The notes under the pieces: generated by a model
Seen by the model: only the letters and a program-made list of their open reading frames with translations
The model's database searches: none
What the model was told of the DNA's origin: nothing
Program-made: the position numbers and the translations under genes
DNA from: an uncultured Candidatus Saccharibacteria bacterium
Lineage (GTDB): Bacteria > Patescibacteriota > Minisyncoccia > 2-02-FULL-40-12 > IGHO2-01-FULL-4-A
Assembly (NCBI GenBank): GCA_964534385.1
Contig: CAZHOA010000001.1
Span: 1 to 25,214, forward strand
Reading direction: 5' to 3'
DNA length: 25,214 nucleotides
In this document: piece after piece, positions 15,925-25,061 of the stretch
Layout of the letters: every line of letters begins with the position of its first letter
How positions within the stretch are numbered: the stretch's first letter is position 1

Positions 15925-15963
15925 TCAATTGGACTAGTTGCTCCATTTCTCAGTACACATTAA

Positions 15964-15990
15964 AAAGCCCTTATGGGGGCTTTGTTTTTT
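15964..15990 (+). terminator. Intrinsic terminator
   Basis: aaagccc-ttatgg-gggcttt followed by gtttttt. Confidence 0.65.
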
Positions 15991-16221
15991 GCTGGCATCA
16001 ATCTAGCTAGGCTTTTTGAGGGGAAACATTGATGTCGAAGACACCGTCAGAGCTTACGTCGATCCCGTTTATCTTTGTAGTCCAGGGTTCCGGAGGGGCA
16101 GTTAAAAGATCCGCGACCGTCTGTAAAATTTCGATAACATGTTGATAGGTCGATTGTGCGTGGGCTTGCAATGGTATTATAATGAAAATATATTATGTTT
16201 AGTCCTCGTAAAAAATATACT

Positions 16222-17127
16222 ATGCTCATGAACAAAAGAACTCTCGTTACGTTAGCGGTTTTCGTTGCAGTCATCGTTATTGTCTGGATCGGTATACAAC
16301 ATTTGCCGATTAGACCGACGGTCGAATCATTGAAAAGCAAAGCTGCCAACACTACCACCTTTCCCGATATAGCAGCTTTTGCGGCCAGTGGAACAGACAG
16401 CTCGTGTACCATTCCATCAGCATGCGAAGATTTCCGTGGCTATAGCTGTCGCCGTGGTGCTATTAGGATCATCGCCAGCTTGTGTTATGGACAGCAAGAG
16501 GGCACATGTGATGATGAGAAGAATGATCTTTTTGAGTGTAATAAGCAGGGCGGGGATTGCTCTGATGAGTTTGACGTCTACTCCGAATGTATGCAGGATT
16601 ACAAAAGCAGCGAAGCCGGTCAACGCTGCTTAGCTAAAACCAAGAATCGTACCGCTGCCGAATATACACAAGCAAAAGCAAAATACAATTACGCCTCATG
16701 CAACAAAGCCATCTCTGATCTCGCCAAACAGCAACCGGCATACCAGCCTATCGATGGGAAAGCAGTACTGAAATGTATTGATGATACCTATGCTGATTCT
16801 CAAAAGGCCAGTAGTATCTGCGGTGATTGGTTCCGAAATTATGGTCGTCGAGATTGTCCCAATGCCATCGCCGCTTATTGTCAAAATCTCCTAGACAAAA
16901 ATCCGCCGTCCTCAGCATGCAACTTCAAACGCGTTGAGAATGTTATTACGGGCTGCTCATGGGCAAGTTGTTTTAGTGAGCAATATGCCAAGGGCCGTGC
17001 TCAGGCTGGGGCTGTGACACCGCTCCAAGATCGCCAGATCCGCCTTGAAGCCTATCACCAATGTCTCGGTATTGATGTCTCGAATTTTCAAGCAACCTGT
17101 GATATGGTATGCACTACGGATTTCTAA
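16222..17127 (+). CDS. Membrane-anchored or secreted cysteine-rich protein
   Basis: Basic N-terminus plus hydrophobic helix (KRTLVTLAVFVAVIVIVWIGI), then 20 Cys in about 240 aa. The start could be 16195, 16222 or 16228. Confidence 0.7.
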   Translation: MLMNKRTLVTLAVFVAVIVIVWIGIQHLPIRPTVESLKSKAANTTTFPDIAAFAASGTDSSCTIPSACEDFRGYSCRRGAIRIIASLCYGQQEGTCDDEKNDLFECNKQGGDCSDEFDVYSECMQDYKSSEAGQRCLAKTKNRTAAEYTQAKAKYNYASCNKAISDLAKQQPAYQPIDGKAVLKCIDDTYADSQKASSICGDWFRNYGRRDCPNAIAAYCQNLLDKNPPSSACNFKRVENVITGCSWASCFSEQYAKGRAQAGAVTPLQDRQIRLEAYHQCLGIDVSNFQATCDMVCTTDF

Positions 17128-17198
17128 GAACTTATTTAGTGGAGGGAAGATAATGTGTTTAAAGGAAAAGTACCATTCACCAAGCTGAATACACGATA

Positions 17199-17227
17199 TT
17201 GACGTGATATCATTGCTGTGCTATGAT
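17199..17227 (+). promoter_or_regulatory. Sigma70 promoter TTGACG-N17-TATGAT (extended -10)
   Basis: Near-consensus boxes about 200 nt upstream of the ABC gene. Confidence 0.65.
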
Positions 17228-17234
17228 GCATACC

Positions 17235-17339
17235 ATGGTTTATACCAACCGCCAATTGTATCAAATTCCCTTGTCCTTAAAGGGCATAGTGATTGCAGGT
17301 CTATCTGACCAAGGCGTTTTTGATGTGGTTATATTCTAA
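17235..17339 (+). CDS. Candidate leader peptide (34 aa uORF)
   Basis: MVYTNRQLYQIPLSLKGIVIAGLSDQGVFDVVIF*. The ATG is 8 nt past the -10 box (leaderless position) and the stop is followed by a hairpin. Confidence 0.3.
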   Translation: MVYTNRQLYQIPLSLKGIVIAGLSDQGVFDVVIF

Positions 17340-17433
17340 TCTCTCTCAAGAACACCTCGGCTAGGTAGATGAGGTGTTCTATACGTACTATCTCTCACCT
17401 CGTACCTTAACAACTCAACAAAAAGGAGGCCAC

Positions 17434-19203
17434 GTGCAAAAGACAAATCGGCAGACTCTTGCCGTGTTCTGGCGTCACGCGATGCAATACCGGTTAATGG
17501 TATCAATAATTACCATCGGTATTTTTGTGGTTATTGTTTGCGATACGGTCAAGCCGTTGGTGTACAAGCAATTCTTTGACACCCTGTTCGGTACAAACGT
17601 TGACAAAGTCGATCAAGCAACGCACTACTTCTGGTACATCATTCTGCTGACGCTGATCAATCAACTGGTCTGGCGGGTTATCTGTCTGGCTAACAATTAC
17701 TTCCAGCCGCGAGTGATGTCTGATCTGTTGAATACCTGTTTCGAATATGTGCAGGGACATTCATATACGTTCTTTACGAATCATTTCGTGGGCAGTCTAG
17801 TAACGCGAATTCGACGCTATCAAGGCGCATTTGAATCGATCGCCGATCAATTGTGCTGGAACCTGATCATAACAGGCTTGCGGATTGTGTTCATTTTCGC
17901 CGTTCTGTTCTACAAATTATGGATCCTAGGCATTATTATGCTGATTTGGACCATCATCTATCTTGTTTTTGCCTATGCCTATTGTACGTTCAAATTAAAG
18001 TACGATATCGCCAAGGCAGCACAGGAAACGAGAACGACGGGATATATCAGCGACGTTCTCACGAACAACCTGAATATCAAATTGTTCGTTACCGAAGCTA
18101 TTGAGATCAAAATATTTCACAGCATAACCGAGAAATTATTCCAACTGCGAAAAAAGAGCTGGGATATTGGACAATACGCTGAGCTCTTCCAGAGCATCTC
18201 AATGGTAGTGCTCGAATTCCTGTTAATTAGAACGGGGATTCACTACTGGCAAAAAGGTTGGCTGACGATTGGTGACCTGGTGATGCTTACATCGTATGTA
18301 CGTGATATGTCCCACCAGCTGTGGGATGTCGGCAGAAGTATTCGTACGATTTACGAGGCTTTGGCTGATGCTGAGGAGATGACCCAGATTCTCTATACGC
18401 CGTATGAGATCGTCGATGAACCGGATGCACAGGATCTGCAGGTCACTGAAGGGTGCATAGAATTCCAGAATGTATGTGTTCAATATGACGGCGAAACTGA
18501 TGTGCTCAAAAATCTAAATCTTACCATACGACCCGGGGAGCATGTTGGTATTGTCGGTCCATCAGGCGGCGGTAAGTCCACTATCACGAACGTATTGACG
18601 GGTCTTGTAAAATTAAAAAATGGCCGCATTCTCATTGATGGTCAGGATATTAGTCTAGTGACCCAGGATAGTTTACGAAAAAATATATCGCTCGTTTCTC
18701 AAAACACGCAGCTATTTTATCGCAGCTTACGGGACAATATTGCGTATGGCTGTCCTGATGCTACTGATGAGGAGATTATTGCTGCTTCAAAAGCCGCGCA
18801 ATGCCATGATTTCATTCAGGCCCTATCACACGGTTATGCGATGCTGGTAGGTGAACGCGGAATAAAATTATCAGGCGGCCAGCGACAGCGTATTGCTATT
18901 GCCCGCGCGATTCTGAAAAATGCGCGGATCTCGGTTCTCGACGAGGCTACCAGTAGTCTTGATTCAAAGGCAGAATATCTGATTCAAGATGTATTACAGG
19001 GTCTTATCGAAGGCAGGACTACGATATGCGTTGCACATCGTCTTTCGACTATCATGAACGCCCACCGCATTCTCGTGGTCAATGAGGGTCAGATCTGTGA
19101 AGAAGGCACTCATGAAGAACTTATTCAAATGCCAAATGGCATATATCAAAAGCTCTGGAACATTCAGGCCGGTGCATATGACGGTCTGTCGATAAAATTA
19201 TAA
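17434..19203 (+). CDS. ABC exporter, fused permease/ATPase (MsbA/MdlB-like)
   Basis: N-terminal TM helices, Walker A GPSGGGKST, LSGGQRQR signature, LDEATS, AHRL. GTG 17434 follows an AAGGAGG SD. Confidence 0.92.
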   Translation: MQKTNRQTLAVFWRHAMQYRLMVSIITIGIFVVIVCDTVKPLVYKQFFDTLFGTNVDKVDQATHYFWYIILLTLINQLVWRVICLANNYFQPRVMSDLLNTCFEYVQGHSYTFFTNHFVGSLVTRIRRYQGAFESIADQLCWNLIITGLRIVFIFAVLFYKLWILGIIMLIWTIIYLVFAYAYCTFKLKYDIAKAAQETRTTGYISDVLTNNLNIKLFVTEAIEIKIFHSITEKLFQLRKKSWDIGQYAELFQSISMVVLEFLLIRTGIHYWQKGWLTIGDLVMLTSYVRDMSHQLWDVGRSIRTIYEALADAEEMTQILYTPYEIVDEPDAQDLQVTEGCIEFQNVCVQYDGETDVLKNLNLTIRPGEHVGIVGPSGGGKSTITNVLTGLVKLKNGRILIDGQDISLVTQDSLRKNISLVSQNTQLFYRSLRDNIAYGCPDATDEEIIAASKAAQCHDFIQALSHGYAMLVGERGIKLSGGQRQRIAIARAILKNARISVLDEATSSLDSKAEYLIQDVLQGLIEGRTTICVAHRLSTIMNAHRILVVNEGQICEEGTHEELIQMPNGIYQKLWNIQAGAYDGLSIKL

Positions 19204-19228
19204 GCTTTCCCACAAGGAAAGCTTTTTT
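19202..19228 (+). terminator. Intrinsic terminator
   Basis: aagctttcc-cacaa-ggaaagctt plus T-run. Confidence 0.75.
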
Positions 19229-19273
19229 AATACCCAACATAGCAATTTGTCTGTTGTGCTTTTTTAGGCTATT

Positions 19274-20683
19274 ATGAAATTTATGAGAACGTACGTAAAC
19301 GATACGCCAAAACATCCTGGCGGCAAGGTCGAACTCTACGGCTGGATACACAACCGTCGCGATCACGGTAAGCTGATTTTTATTGATGTGCGTGATCGCA
19401 CCGGCCTCGTTCAGGTTGTTTTTGAGCCATCCAGCTCCGGCTATGCCAATGCCGAAAAGGTACGTTCAGAATGGGTTGTGAAGATCACTGGAATCGTCCA
19501 GGCACGTCCGGAGCGGATGATCAACAAAGACATCGAGACCGGTACCATCGAGATCCATGGCGATACTGTGGATATCATTTCAGAGGCGGCGACGCTGCCA
19601 TTTGAGATTGACAAGGATACTCGTGCCATCAATGAGGAAACGCGTTTGAAATATCGCTATCTTGATTTGCGCAGTCAGCGCATGGCGCACAATATACGTT
19701 TGCGCGACAAGGTGACTCAGCTCGTACGAGATTATTTTCATCGTAATGATTTTATTGAGATCGAAACGCCGATTCTAACCAAGACATCACCCGAGGGAGC
19801 ACGCGACTTTCTGGTACCTTCGCGCCTGCAACCGGGCAAATTCTACGCTTTGCCGCAATCACCCCAGCAATACAAGCAATTGTTAATGATTGCCGGTTTT
19901 GAACGGTATTTCCAGATTGCGCACTGTCTTCGCGATGAAGATTTGCGGGGCAATCGCCAGCTTGATCATACCCAGATCGACATGGAGATGTCGTTTGCGA
20001 CTGAACAGGACGTTCGGGATATGATGGAAGGTTTGATGATTCACGTCGCTGAAGCATGCGGCAAGAAAATTTGGCAGAAACCGTTCCCGGTCTTTACTCA
20101 CGAAGAAGCCATGCGACGATTCGGAGCCGATAAATTCGATCTCAGAGAGGACTCATCAGATCCTGATACGCTGGCGTTCGCGTGGGTGATTGATTTCCCT
20201 TTGTTTGAGATTGATGAGTGGGATGCGTCGCTGACCGGACAGAAGCGGCTGACGTTTGCCCACAATCCATTTTCAGCACCCAAAGCAGAGCATGTGGATA
20301 AGTTAATGCGCGGTGAGGATTTAGAAAACCTGCGCGCTCAGCAATATGATCTCGTATGCAACGGCGACGAGATGTTTTCCGGCGGTGTGCGTATTTCAGA
20401 TCCAAAAGTCCAGAGGAAAGTGTTTGAGATCATGGGCCTCACCCCGGAACAAACCGAGGAACGCTTCGGTCACCTGATCGAAGCCTACACCTATGGCGCG
20501 CCGCCACATGCCGGTGCCGGTCAAGGTTTGGATCGTTTAGTGATGCTCTTGGCTCACGAACCCAATATTCGCGAAGTTATGGCGTTTCCTGTGACATCAT
20601 CGGGCCAAACATCAGTCATGGACGCTCCCTCTCCAACATCACCGGCGCATCTCAAAGAGTTGCATCTCAAAGTTGTTGATTAA
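19274..20683 (+). CDS. aspS: Aspartyl-tRNA synthetase, short form lacking the GAD insertion
   Basis: RRDHG..IF.D.RDRTG OB fold, RLKYRYLDLR, PEGARDF, ALPQSPQQYKQLLMIAG.ERYFQ, AQQYDLVCNG.E, GAPPHAG...GLDRL. Confidence 0.96.
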   Translation: MKFMRTYVNDTPKHPGGKVELYGWIHNRRDHGKLIFIDVRDRTGLVQVVFEPSSSGYANAEKVRSEWVVKITGIVQARPERMINKDIETGTIEIHGDTVDIISEAATLPFEIDKDTRAINEETRLKYRYLDLRSQRMAHNIRLRDKVTQLVRDYFHRNDFIEIETPILTKTSPEGARDFLVPSRLQPGKFYALPQSPQQYKQLLMIAGFERYFQIAHCLRDEDLRGNRQLDHTQIDMEMSFATEQDVRDMMEGLMIHVAEACGKKIWQKPFPVFTHEEAMRRFGADKFDLREDSSDPDTLAFAWVIDFPLFEIDEWDASLTGQKRLTFAHNPFSAPKAEHVDKLMRGEDLENLRAQQYDLVCNGDEMFSGGVRISDPKVQRKVFEIMGLTPEQTEERFGHLIEAYTYGAPPHAGAGQGLDRLVMLLAHEPNIREVMAFPVTSSGQTSVMDAPSPTSPAHLKELHLKVVD

Positions 20684-20730
20684 TCTGAGTTGATTTCAGC
20701 TCATGTACGGATACAATAAATAGATAAGCA

Positions 20731-21675
20731 ATGTCGAAAGTTTATTCACTAGTCGCATTTTTTTTGCTTGTTGTCGCCATCGGCTGTGGTCTTTTTTATT
20801 TTTACTATTATGTGTCGCCACAGCACGAGTTGAGTGCCAAATTACCTCAGTCTTTGACTCAAAGTGCCAATGCCGAGGCTTTTGTGTTACCGATTACCCA
20901 GCCCAACTATTTGCCGATACGCGATTTCAACGTAGCTGAACCGATCATCAATGCAAAAGCATCGGGATTGTATGATGTAGAAGCTGACAAATTTCTCTAC
21001 ACCGCGCAGGTCACCAGACATCTGCCCATCGCTTCTATTACAAAATTAATGACCAGTGTTGTGGTTCGCGAGCATTTTGATCTGAATAAAGTCATTACTA
21101 TCACAAAAGACAGCGTCAATGTCGATGGTAATGGTGCTGATTTGAACGTACACGAACAATTAACCGGCCATGATCTATTGCGGATGATGCTCATTAAATC
21201 GTCCAATGATGCCGCATATGCTTTCGCCCATGCTGCCCAGGAACAATCCATCGATCTTGTCACGGCCATGAACGACAAGGCAAAAGAATTAGGCATGTAC
21301 GATACCAAGTTTCTTGATCCTGCAGGACTTGACGACACGGCCTATTCTACGGTAGAAGATCTAGTACGTTTAACGCGATATATAGCCACGAAACATCATG
21401 ATCTGTGGTCAATTATGACCACGCCGAGCGATGATATAATCGCTTTTGATGGTACATTCTCTCATCATATCGTCAACACTGATCAATTACTTGGCCAGAT
21501 TCCCCATATTATCGGGGGCAAGACAGGCTTTACCAATCTGGCTATGGGTACGATGCTACTGGTAGTTTCTCAGGAGAACGACACGCTGATCAGCGTTGTT
21601 TTGGGAACGAAGGATCGTTTTGCGGAAACGAAACATCTAATTGACTGGGCTAAAACGGCATATCGCTGGGAATAA
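20731..21675 (+). CDS. D-alanyl-D-alanine carboxypeptidase (peptidase S11, DacA-like)
   Basis: N-terminal TM helix; SxxK (ASITKLMT), SxN (SSNDAA), KTG (GGKTGFT). Confidence 0.92.
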   Translation: MSKVYSLVAFFLLVVAIGCGLFYFYYYVSPQHELSAKLPQSLTQSANAEAFVLPITQPNYLPIRDFNVAEPIINAKASGLYDVEADKFLYTAQVTRHLPIASITKLMTSVVVREHFDLNKVITITKDSVNVDGNGADLNVHEQLTGHDLLRMMLIKSSNDAAYAFAHAAQEQSIDLVTAMNDKAKELGMYDTKFLDPAGLDDTAYSTVEDLVRLTRYIATKHHDLWSIMTTPSDDIIAFDGTFSHHIVNTDQLLGQIPHIIGGKTGFTNLAMGTMLLVVSQENDTLISVVLGTKDRFAETKHLIDWAKTAYRWE

Positions 21676-21678
21676 TAT

Positions 21679-22776
21679 ATGGATCCAACATCTGCAAGTG
21701 TTATCACTACGACCCATCTTTTTACCATATTCAACGTGGTGCGTATTTTTGTTTTGGCAACTGCTTCTTTTTTTCTGACGCTCATATTGACACCATTATG
21801 GTACTACATATTAAAAAAATATCGTTGTGGCAAACAGCTGCGAGCCGAGGGCGCGCCTATCTTTAATAATCTTCACAAAAACAAAGAGGGGACGCCAACG
21901 ATGGGCGGAGTGTTGATCTGGTTCAACGTCCTTCTGTTGACGGCTATATTTTGGTTTCTTCACAATCACTTCGACGGTTTCTGGTCGCGTGTTAATTTCT
22001 TATCACGTCCGCAGACGTGGCTACCCGTCGGTGCGCTCTTTGTAGCGGCCATTTTTGGTTTGCTAGATGATATCCTGGGTATTATGCGGATCGGACCAAA
22101 AGGCGGCGGCCTCATGATGCGCTATCGGGTAATCTTATACACCATTGTTGCGTTAGGCGGTGCCTGGTGGTTTTATTTCAAGTTAGGTTTTAATGAGATT
22201 AATATTCCCTTTTATGGCGATATTTCAATTGGCTGGCTCTACATTCCGTTTTTTATATTCATCCTGGTAGCGACATCATTCTCGGCCAATGAGACGGACG
22301 GCCTCGATGGCTTGGTCGGCGGCGTCTTCTTGATCATGTTCGGTGCGTATGCGGCCATAGCTTTTGTCCAAGGCAGGATGGATCTGGCCGTTTTTATCGC
22401 GGCTATTGTGGGCTCGCTGGCGGCATTCTTGTGGTACAACATATTCCCAGCCAAGTTTTTTATGGGCGATACCGGTTCGATGTCGCTTGGCGTGGTACTC
22501 GGGATTATCGCCATGTTGACGCAAACGCCGTTTCTTTTAATTCCTATCGGCGTTATTTTCATTATCGAATCCGGTTCGGTGATTATACAAATTACCTCAA
22601 AGAAGCTCCGCCATAAAAAGATATTCCTTTCTACACCGATACATCATCATTTTGAAGCCAAGGGCTGGCCAGAAACGCAAGTTACAATGCGCTTCTGGAT
22701 GATTTCAGCTGTCGGCGCCATCGTCGGATTGATTATCTTTCTCGTTGATTCAAAAATTCCACCACTTCTACATTAG
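21679..22776 (+). CDS. mraY: Phospho-N-acetylmuramoyl-pentapeptide transferase
   Basis: K.GTPTMGG, GLLDD, N.TDGLDGL, PAK.FMGDTGS, PIHHHFE.KGW.E.QV..RFW. Confidence 0.96.
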   Translation: MDPTSASVITTTHLFTIFNVVRIFVLATASFFLTLILTPLWYYILKKYRCGKQLRAEGAPIFNNLHKNKEGTPTMGGVLIWFNVLLLTAIFWFLHNHFDGFWSRVNFLSRPQTWLPVGALFVAAIFGLLDDILGIMRIGPKGGGLMMRYRVILYTIVALGGAWWFYFKLGFNEINIPFYGDISIGWLYIPFFIFILVATSFSANETDGLDGLVGGVFLIMFGAYAAIAFVQGRMDLAVFIAAIVGSLAAFLWYNIFPAKFFMGDTGSMSLGVVLGIIAMLTQTPFLLIPIGVIFIIESGSVIIQITSKKLRHKKIFLSTPIHHHFEAKGWPETQVTMRFWMISAVGAIVGLIIFLVDSKIPPLLH

Positions 22777-22828
22777 ATTTTTAAAAAGTCAACTTCTAGG
22801 CTGAGGCTCAGAGACATATACTAGCACT

Positions 22829-23923
22829 ATGCCAAAAACAGGTCATTGCGCCAGGGCGATCATTGTTTGTACCATAGTCTTGGTGTGCGTTGGACTGGTG
22901 ATATTGTCATCGGCCGGCGTTATTGAGGGTCAAAAACGTTTTCACAGCGCGTATTATTACGTTTTTCATCAGATACTGTATGGGGTGTTGCCCGGTCTGC
23001 TGCTCTTCTATATTTTCTCGCGCATTCCATATCAGATCTGGAAAAAAGCGGCCTTGCCTATTTTGCTCATCGCAATCGCCGGTCTGGTATTAGTTTTCAT
23101 GCCGTATCTTGGCGTCACGTTAAAGGGCGCACATCGCTGGATTCTGTTTTATGGTGTTCAAATACAACCGTCTGAATTCCTGAAGTTTGCGCTGATTGTT
23201 TATCTAGCCGCTTGGTTCGCATCCAAAGAGAAACTCATTGACAACATTTCGTATGCCGTTATTCCTCTGATTATAATTTTATCTTTTATTACACTATTGC
23301 TGTTACTGCAGCCGGATATAGGCACGCTGGGTATTATTATCTCGATAGTACTGTCTGTGTATTTTTTTGCGGGTGCCAAACTGTCGCATTTTGCCACTCT
23401 TGTTTTTGTATTTTTGGCACTGATGGTTCTCCTCGGTTTTCTGGCGCCGTATCGTTACGATCGCATCAAGGCATTTATTTCACCAAGTGAAGACAAACAG
23501 GGCGTGTCGTATCACATTAACCAAGCGCTGGTTGCCATAGGCTCGGGCGGCGTTTTCGGACTGGGTTTTGGGCAAAGCCAACAAAAAAAAGATTACCTCC
23601 CAGAACCGGTGGGCGATTCTATTTTTGCTATTTTTGTTGAAGAGATGGGATTCGTTGGTGCATGTTTTCTACTCGGCATCTTTATGAGCCTTTTAACATA
23701 CATGACAATCGTCGCATTCAAAACGCCCGATATTTTCGGGCGTTTACTGATCCTCGGCAGTGCTATATGGATCTTTGGCCAGGTATTTATCAACATTGCA
23801 GCTATCACAGGTCTCATTCCGCTTACAGGTTTGCCATTGCCGTTCATCAGTTTTGGCAGCTCCTCACTCGTTACGATCTTGAGTGCCCTGGGTATATGTA
23901 CCAATGTCGCTCGGAATGTATAG
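22829..23923 (+). CDS. ftsW: SEDS peptidoglycan polymerase, FtsW/RodA family (probably FtsW)
   Basis: GA.RWI....IQPSEF.K, QPD.GT, R..AF..P..D, AIGSGG..GLG.GQS.QK..YLPE...D.IFA...EE.GF, G.P.PFISFG.SS; lies next to mraY. Confidence 0.88.
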   Translation: MPKTGHCARAIIVCTIVLVCVGLVILSSAGVIEGQKRFHSAYYYVFHQILYGVLPGLLLFYIFSRIPYQIWKKAALPILLIAIAGLVLVFMPYLGVTLKGAHRWILFYGVQIQPSEFLKFALIVYLAAWFASKEKLIDNISYAVIPLIIILSFITLLLLLQPDIGTLGIIISIVLSVYFFAGAKLSHFATLVFVFLALMVLLGFLAPYRYDRIKAFISPSEDKQGVSYHINQALVAIGSGGVFGLGFGQSQQKKDYLPEPVGDSIFAIFVEEMGFVGACFLLGIFMSLLTYMTIVAFKTPDIFGRLLILGSAIWIFGQVFINIAAITGLIPLTGLPLPFISFGSSSLVTILSALGICTNVARNV

Positions 23924-23979
23924 AGAAACTACAAAAATATTTCCGCCGGTTTAGGCTGTAAAAATACATCTAACAGGCA

Positions 23980-24258
23980 TTAATTGACGGCCGGATGTGC
24001 AGAACGATGGATCAATTTACTGATACGAGACTTGAGGCGATCCGCCGTATTGTCTTTGATTGTGTTGGTCTTTGCGGCCTTATCGAGCGCCTTGAATACC
24101 TTTGGTAATAGCTCTTTGGCGCGGTCAAAGGACTGTATTGCAACAGAAGAGCGCAGCTCTTTGATCAGACTGCGGTACTTGTGTTTGCGCTTGATATTGA
24201 AGGCTTGTTTGCGCTTTGATTGGCGCAAGGCCTTTTGGGCTGAAGTTGTATTTGGCAT
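23980..24258 (-). CDS. rpsT: 30S ribosomal protein S20
   Basis: MPNT.SA.KALRQS.R....N, LDKAAK...I..N.A.R.KSR. Confidence 0.95.
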   Translation of the reverse strand: MPNTTSAQKALRQSKRKQAFNIKRKHKYRSLIKELRSSVAIQSFDRAKELLPKVFKALDKAAKTNTIKDNTADRLKSRISKLIHRSAHPAVN

Positions 24259-24310
24259 AATAGGATAGTCTACTATATAAAATAATGTTAGGCAAGGCTG
24301 GGGATATGCA

Positions 24311-24341
24311 ATAAAAAATCCTGGGGTTAAGAGCCAGGATT
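24311..24341 (-). terminator. Hairpin plus T-tract immediately after the stop of paralog 2
   Basis: Minus strand: aatcctgg-ctcttaacc-ccaggatt followed by ttttatt. Confidence 0.7.
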
Positions 24342-24972
24342 ACTCTGCGCGTACCACAGAAGGGCTGTTAGAACCGAAGTCAAGGCCGAGCCAAAGGTAG
24401 CCCCAGCCCCAGCCCCAGCCGCCGCGGTTGAAATACAAGTAGCGAACGTAGAGGTTGCCGCCCGAGCGGTAGATTGTACCCCAGAAGAAGATGTACCTTG
24501 TATTGCCATTCTCATCTCGTTTCCAATATTCAGGTATTAATTCTTTATGAGCCAACAGATAGTCAAGAACATTGGCTGGCAGGACTGAGATATCCGCCAA
24601 TTCTTCCTTAAGTCTATGCCCCTGGATATATCTGCCACTTCGTTGATTTTGTGACACAAAAAAGCGTACCTGTGTCGGGTCAAACGCCCATAATCCTCTG
24701 GCTCGACTTAGTATTTGGTCTTCGGGTCTGATGCTCCAGCCCTCGGGTATGAATGGCTTAGTATCGAGATCGATTACGTGATCAGTGGTGGTATCATTCT
24801 GCACGGGAACAATGACATGATTTATCGGTGGCTCTCTGTCACTGCCATATTGTAACAAAATCGTCTGCATTATATCTTTATCGATCCTGCCTGAGTGAAT
24901 TAAATCGAAGAAGCGTTGTATCTGGGCAGTGGTTGGGGTTGGATCTTCAACCAACTGAGGATTGGCGACCAT
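24340..24972 (-). CDS. Putative DGR variable (target) protein, paralog 2: shared N-terminal module plus a different C-terminal CLec-like domain
   Basis: N-terminus MVANPQLVEDPTPTTAQIQRFFDLIHSGR. The C-terminal IDLD..PFIP.GW, ANVLDYLL.H.ELIPE.WK, FFWGTIYR..G.LYVR.L...W.W...WL..D pattern resembles CPR DGR-target families (recalled). 32 of the last 42 codons end in C/T. Confidence 0.68.
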   Translation of the reverse strand: MVANPQLVEDPTPTTAQIQRFFDLIHSGRIDKDIMQTILLQYGSDREPPINHVIVPVQNDTTTDHVIDLDTKPFIPEGWSIRPEDQILSRARGLWAFDPTQVRFFVSQNQRSGRYIQGHRLKEELADISVLPANVLDYLLAHKELIPEYWKRDENGNTRYIFFWGTIYRSGGNLYVRYLYFNRGGWGWGWGYLWLGLDFGSNSPSVVRAE

Positions 24973-25007
24973 GAATCACCTCCGGATTTGTAAAATGAAC
25001 TTGTCCT

Positions 25008-25037
25008 AGTTTAGCATCACCACGAAAGAAATGTCAA
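25008..25037 (-). promoter_or_regulatory. Sigma70-type promoter of paralog 2 (TTGACA-N18-TAAACT)
   Basis: Same boxes and spacer length as 2430-2459, with a diverged spacer centre. Confidence 0.8.
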
Positions 25038-25061
25038 TTAATCTTTGAGCGACCGGCGTAG

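Noticed and set aside
16176-16203. dif-like XerD arm (ttatgtttagt)
   Set aside because: No matching XerC arm at 6-nt spacing; AT-rich promoter sequence is enough to explain it.
16047-16412. 121-aa minus-strand ORF with a hydrophobic segment
   Set aside because: It overlaps the signal/TM region of the Cys-rich gene on the opposite strand and has no independent support.
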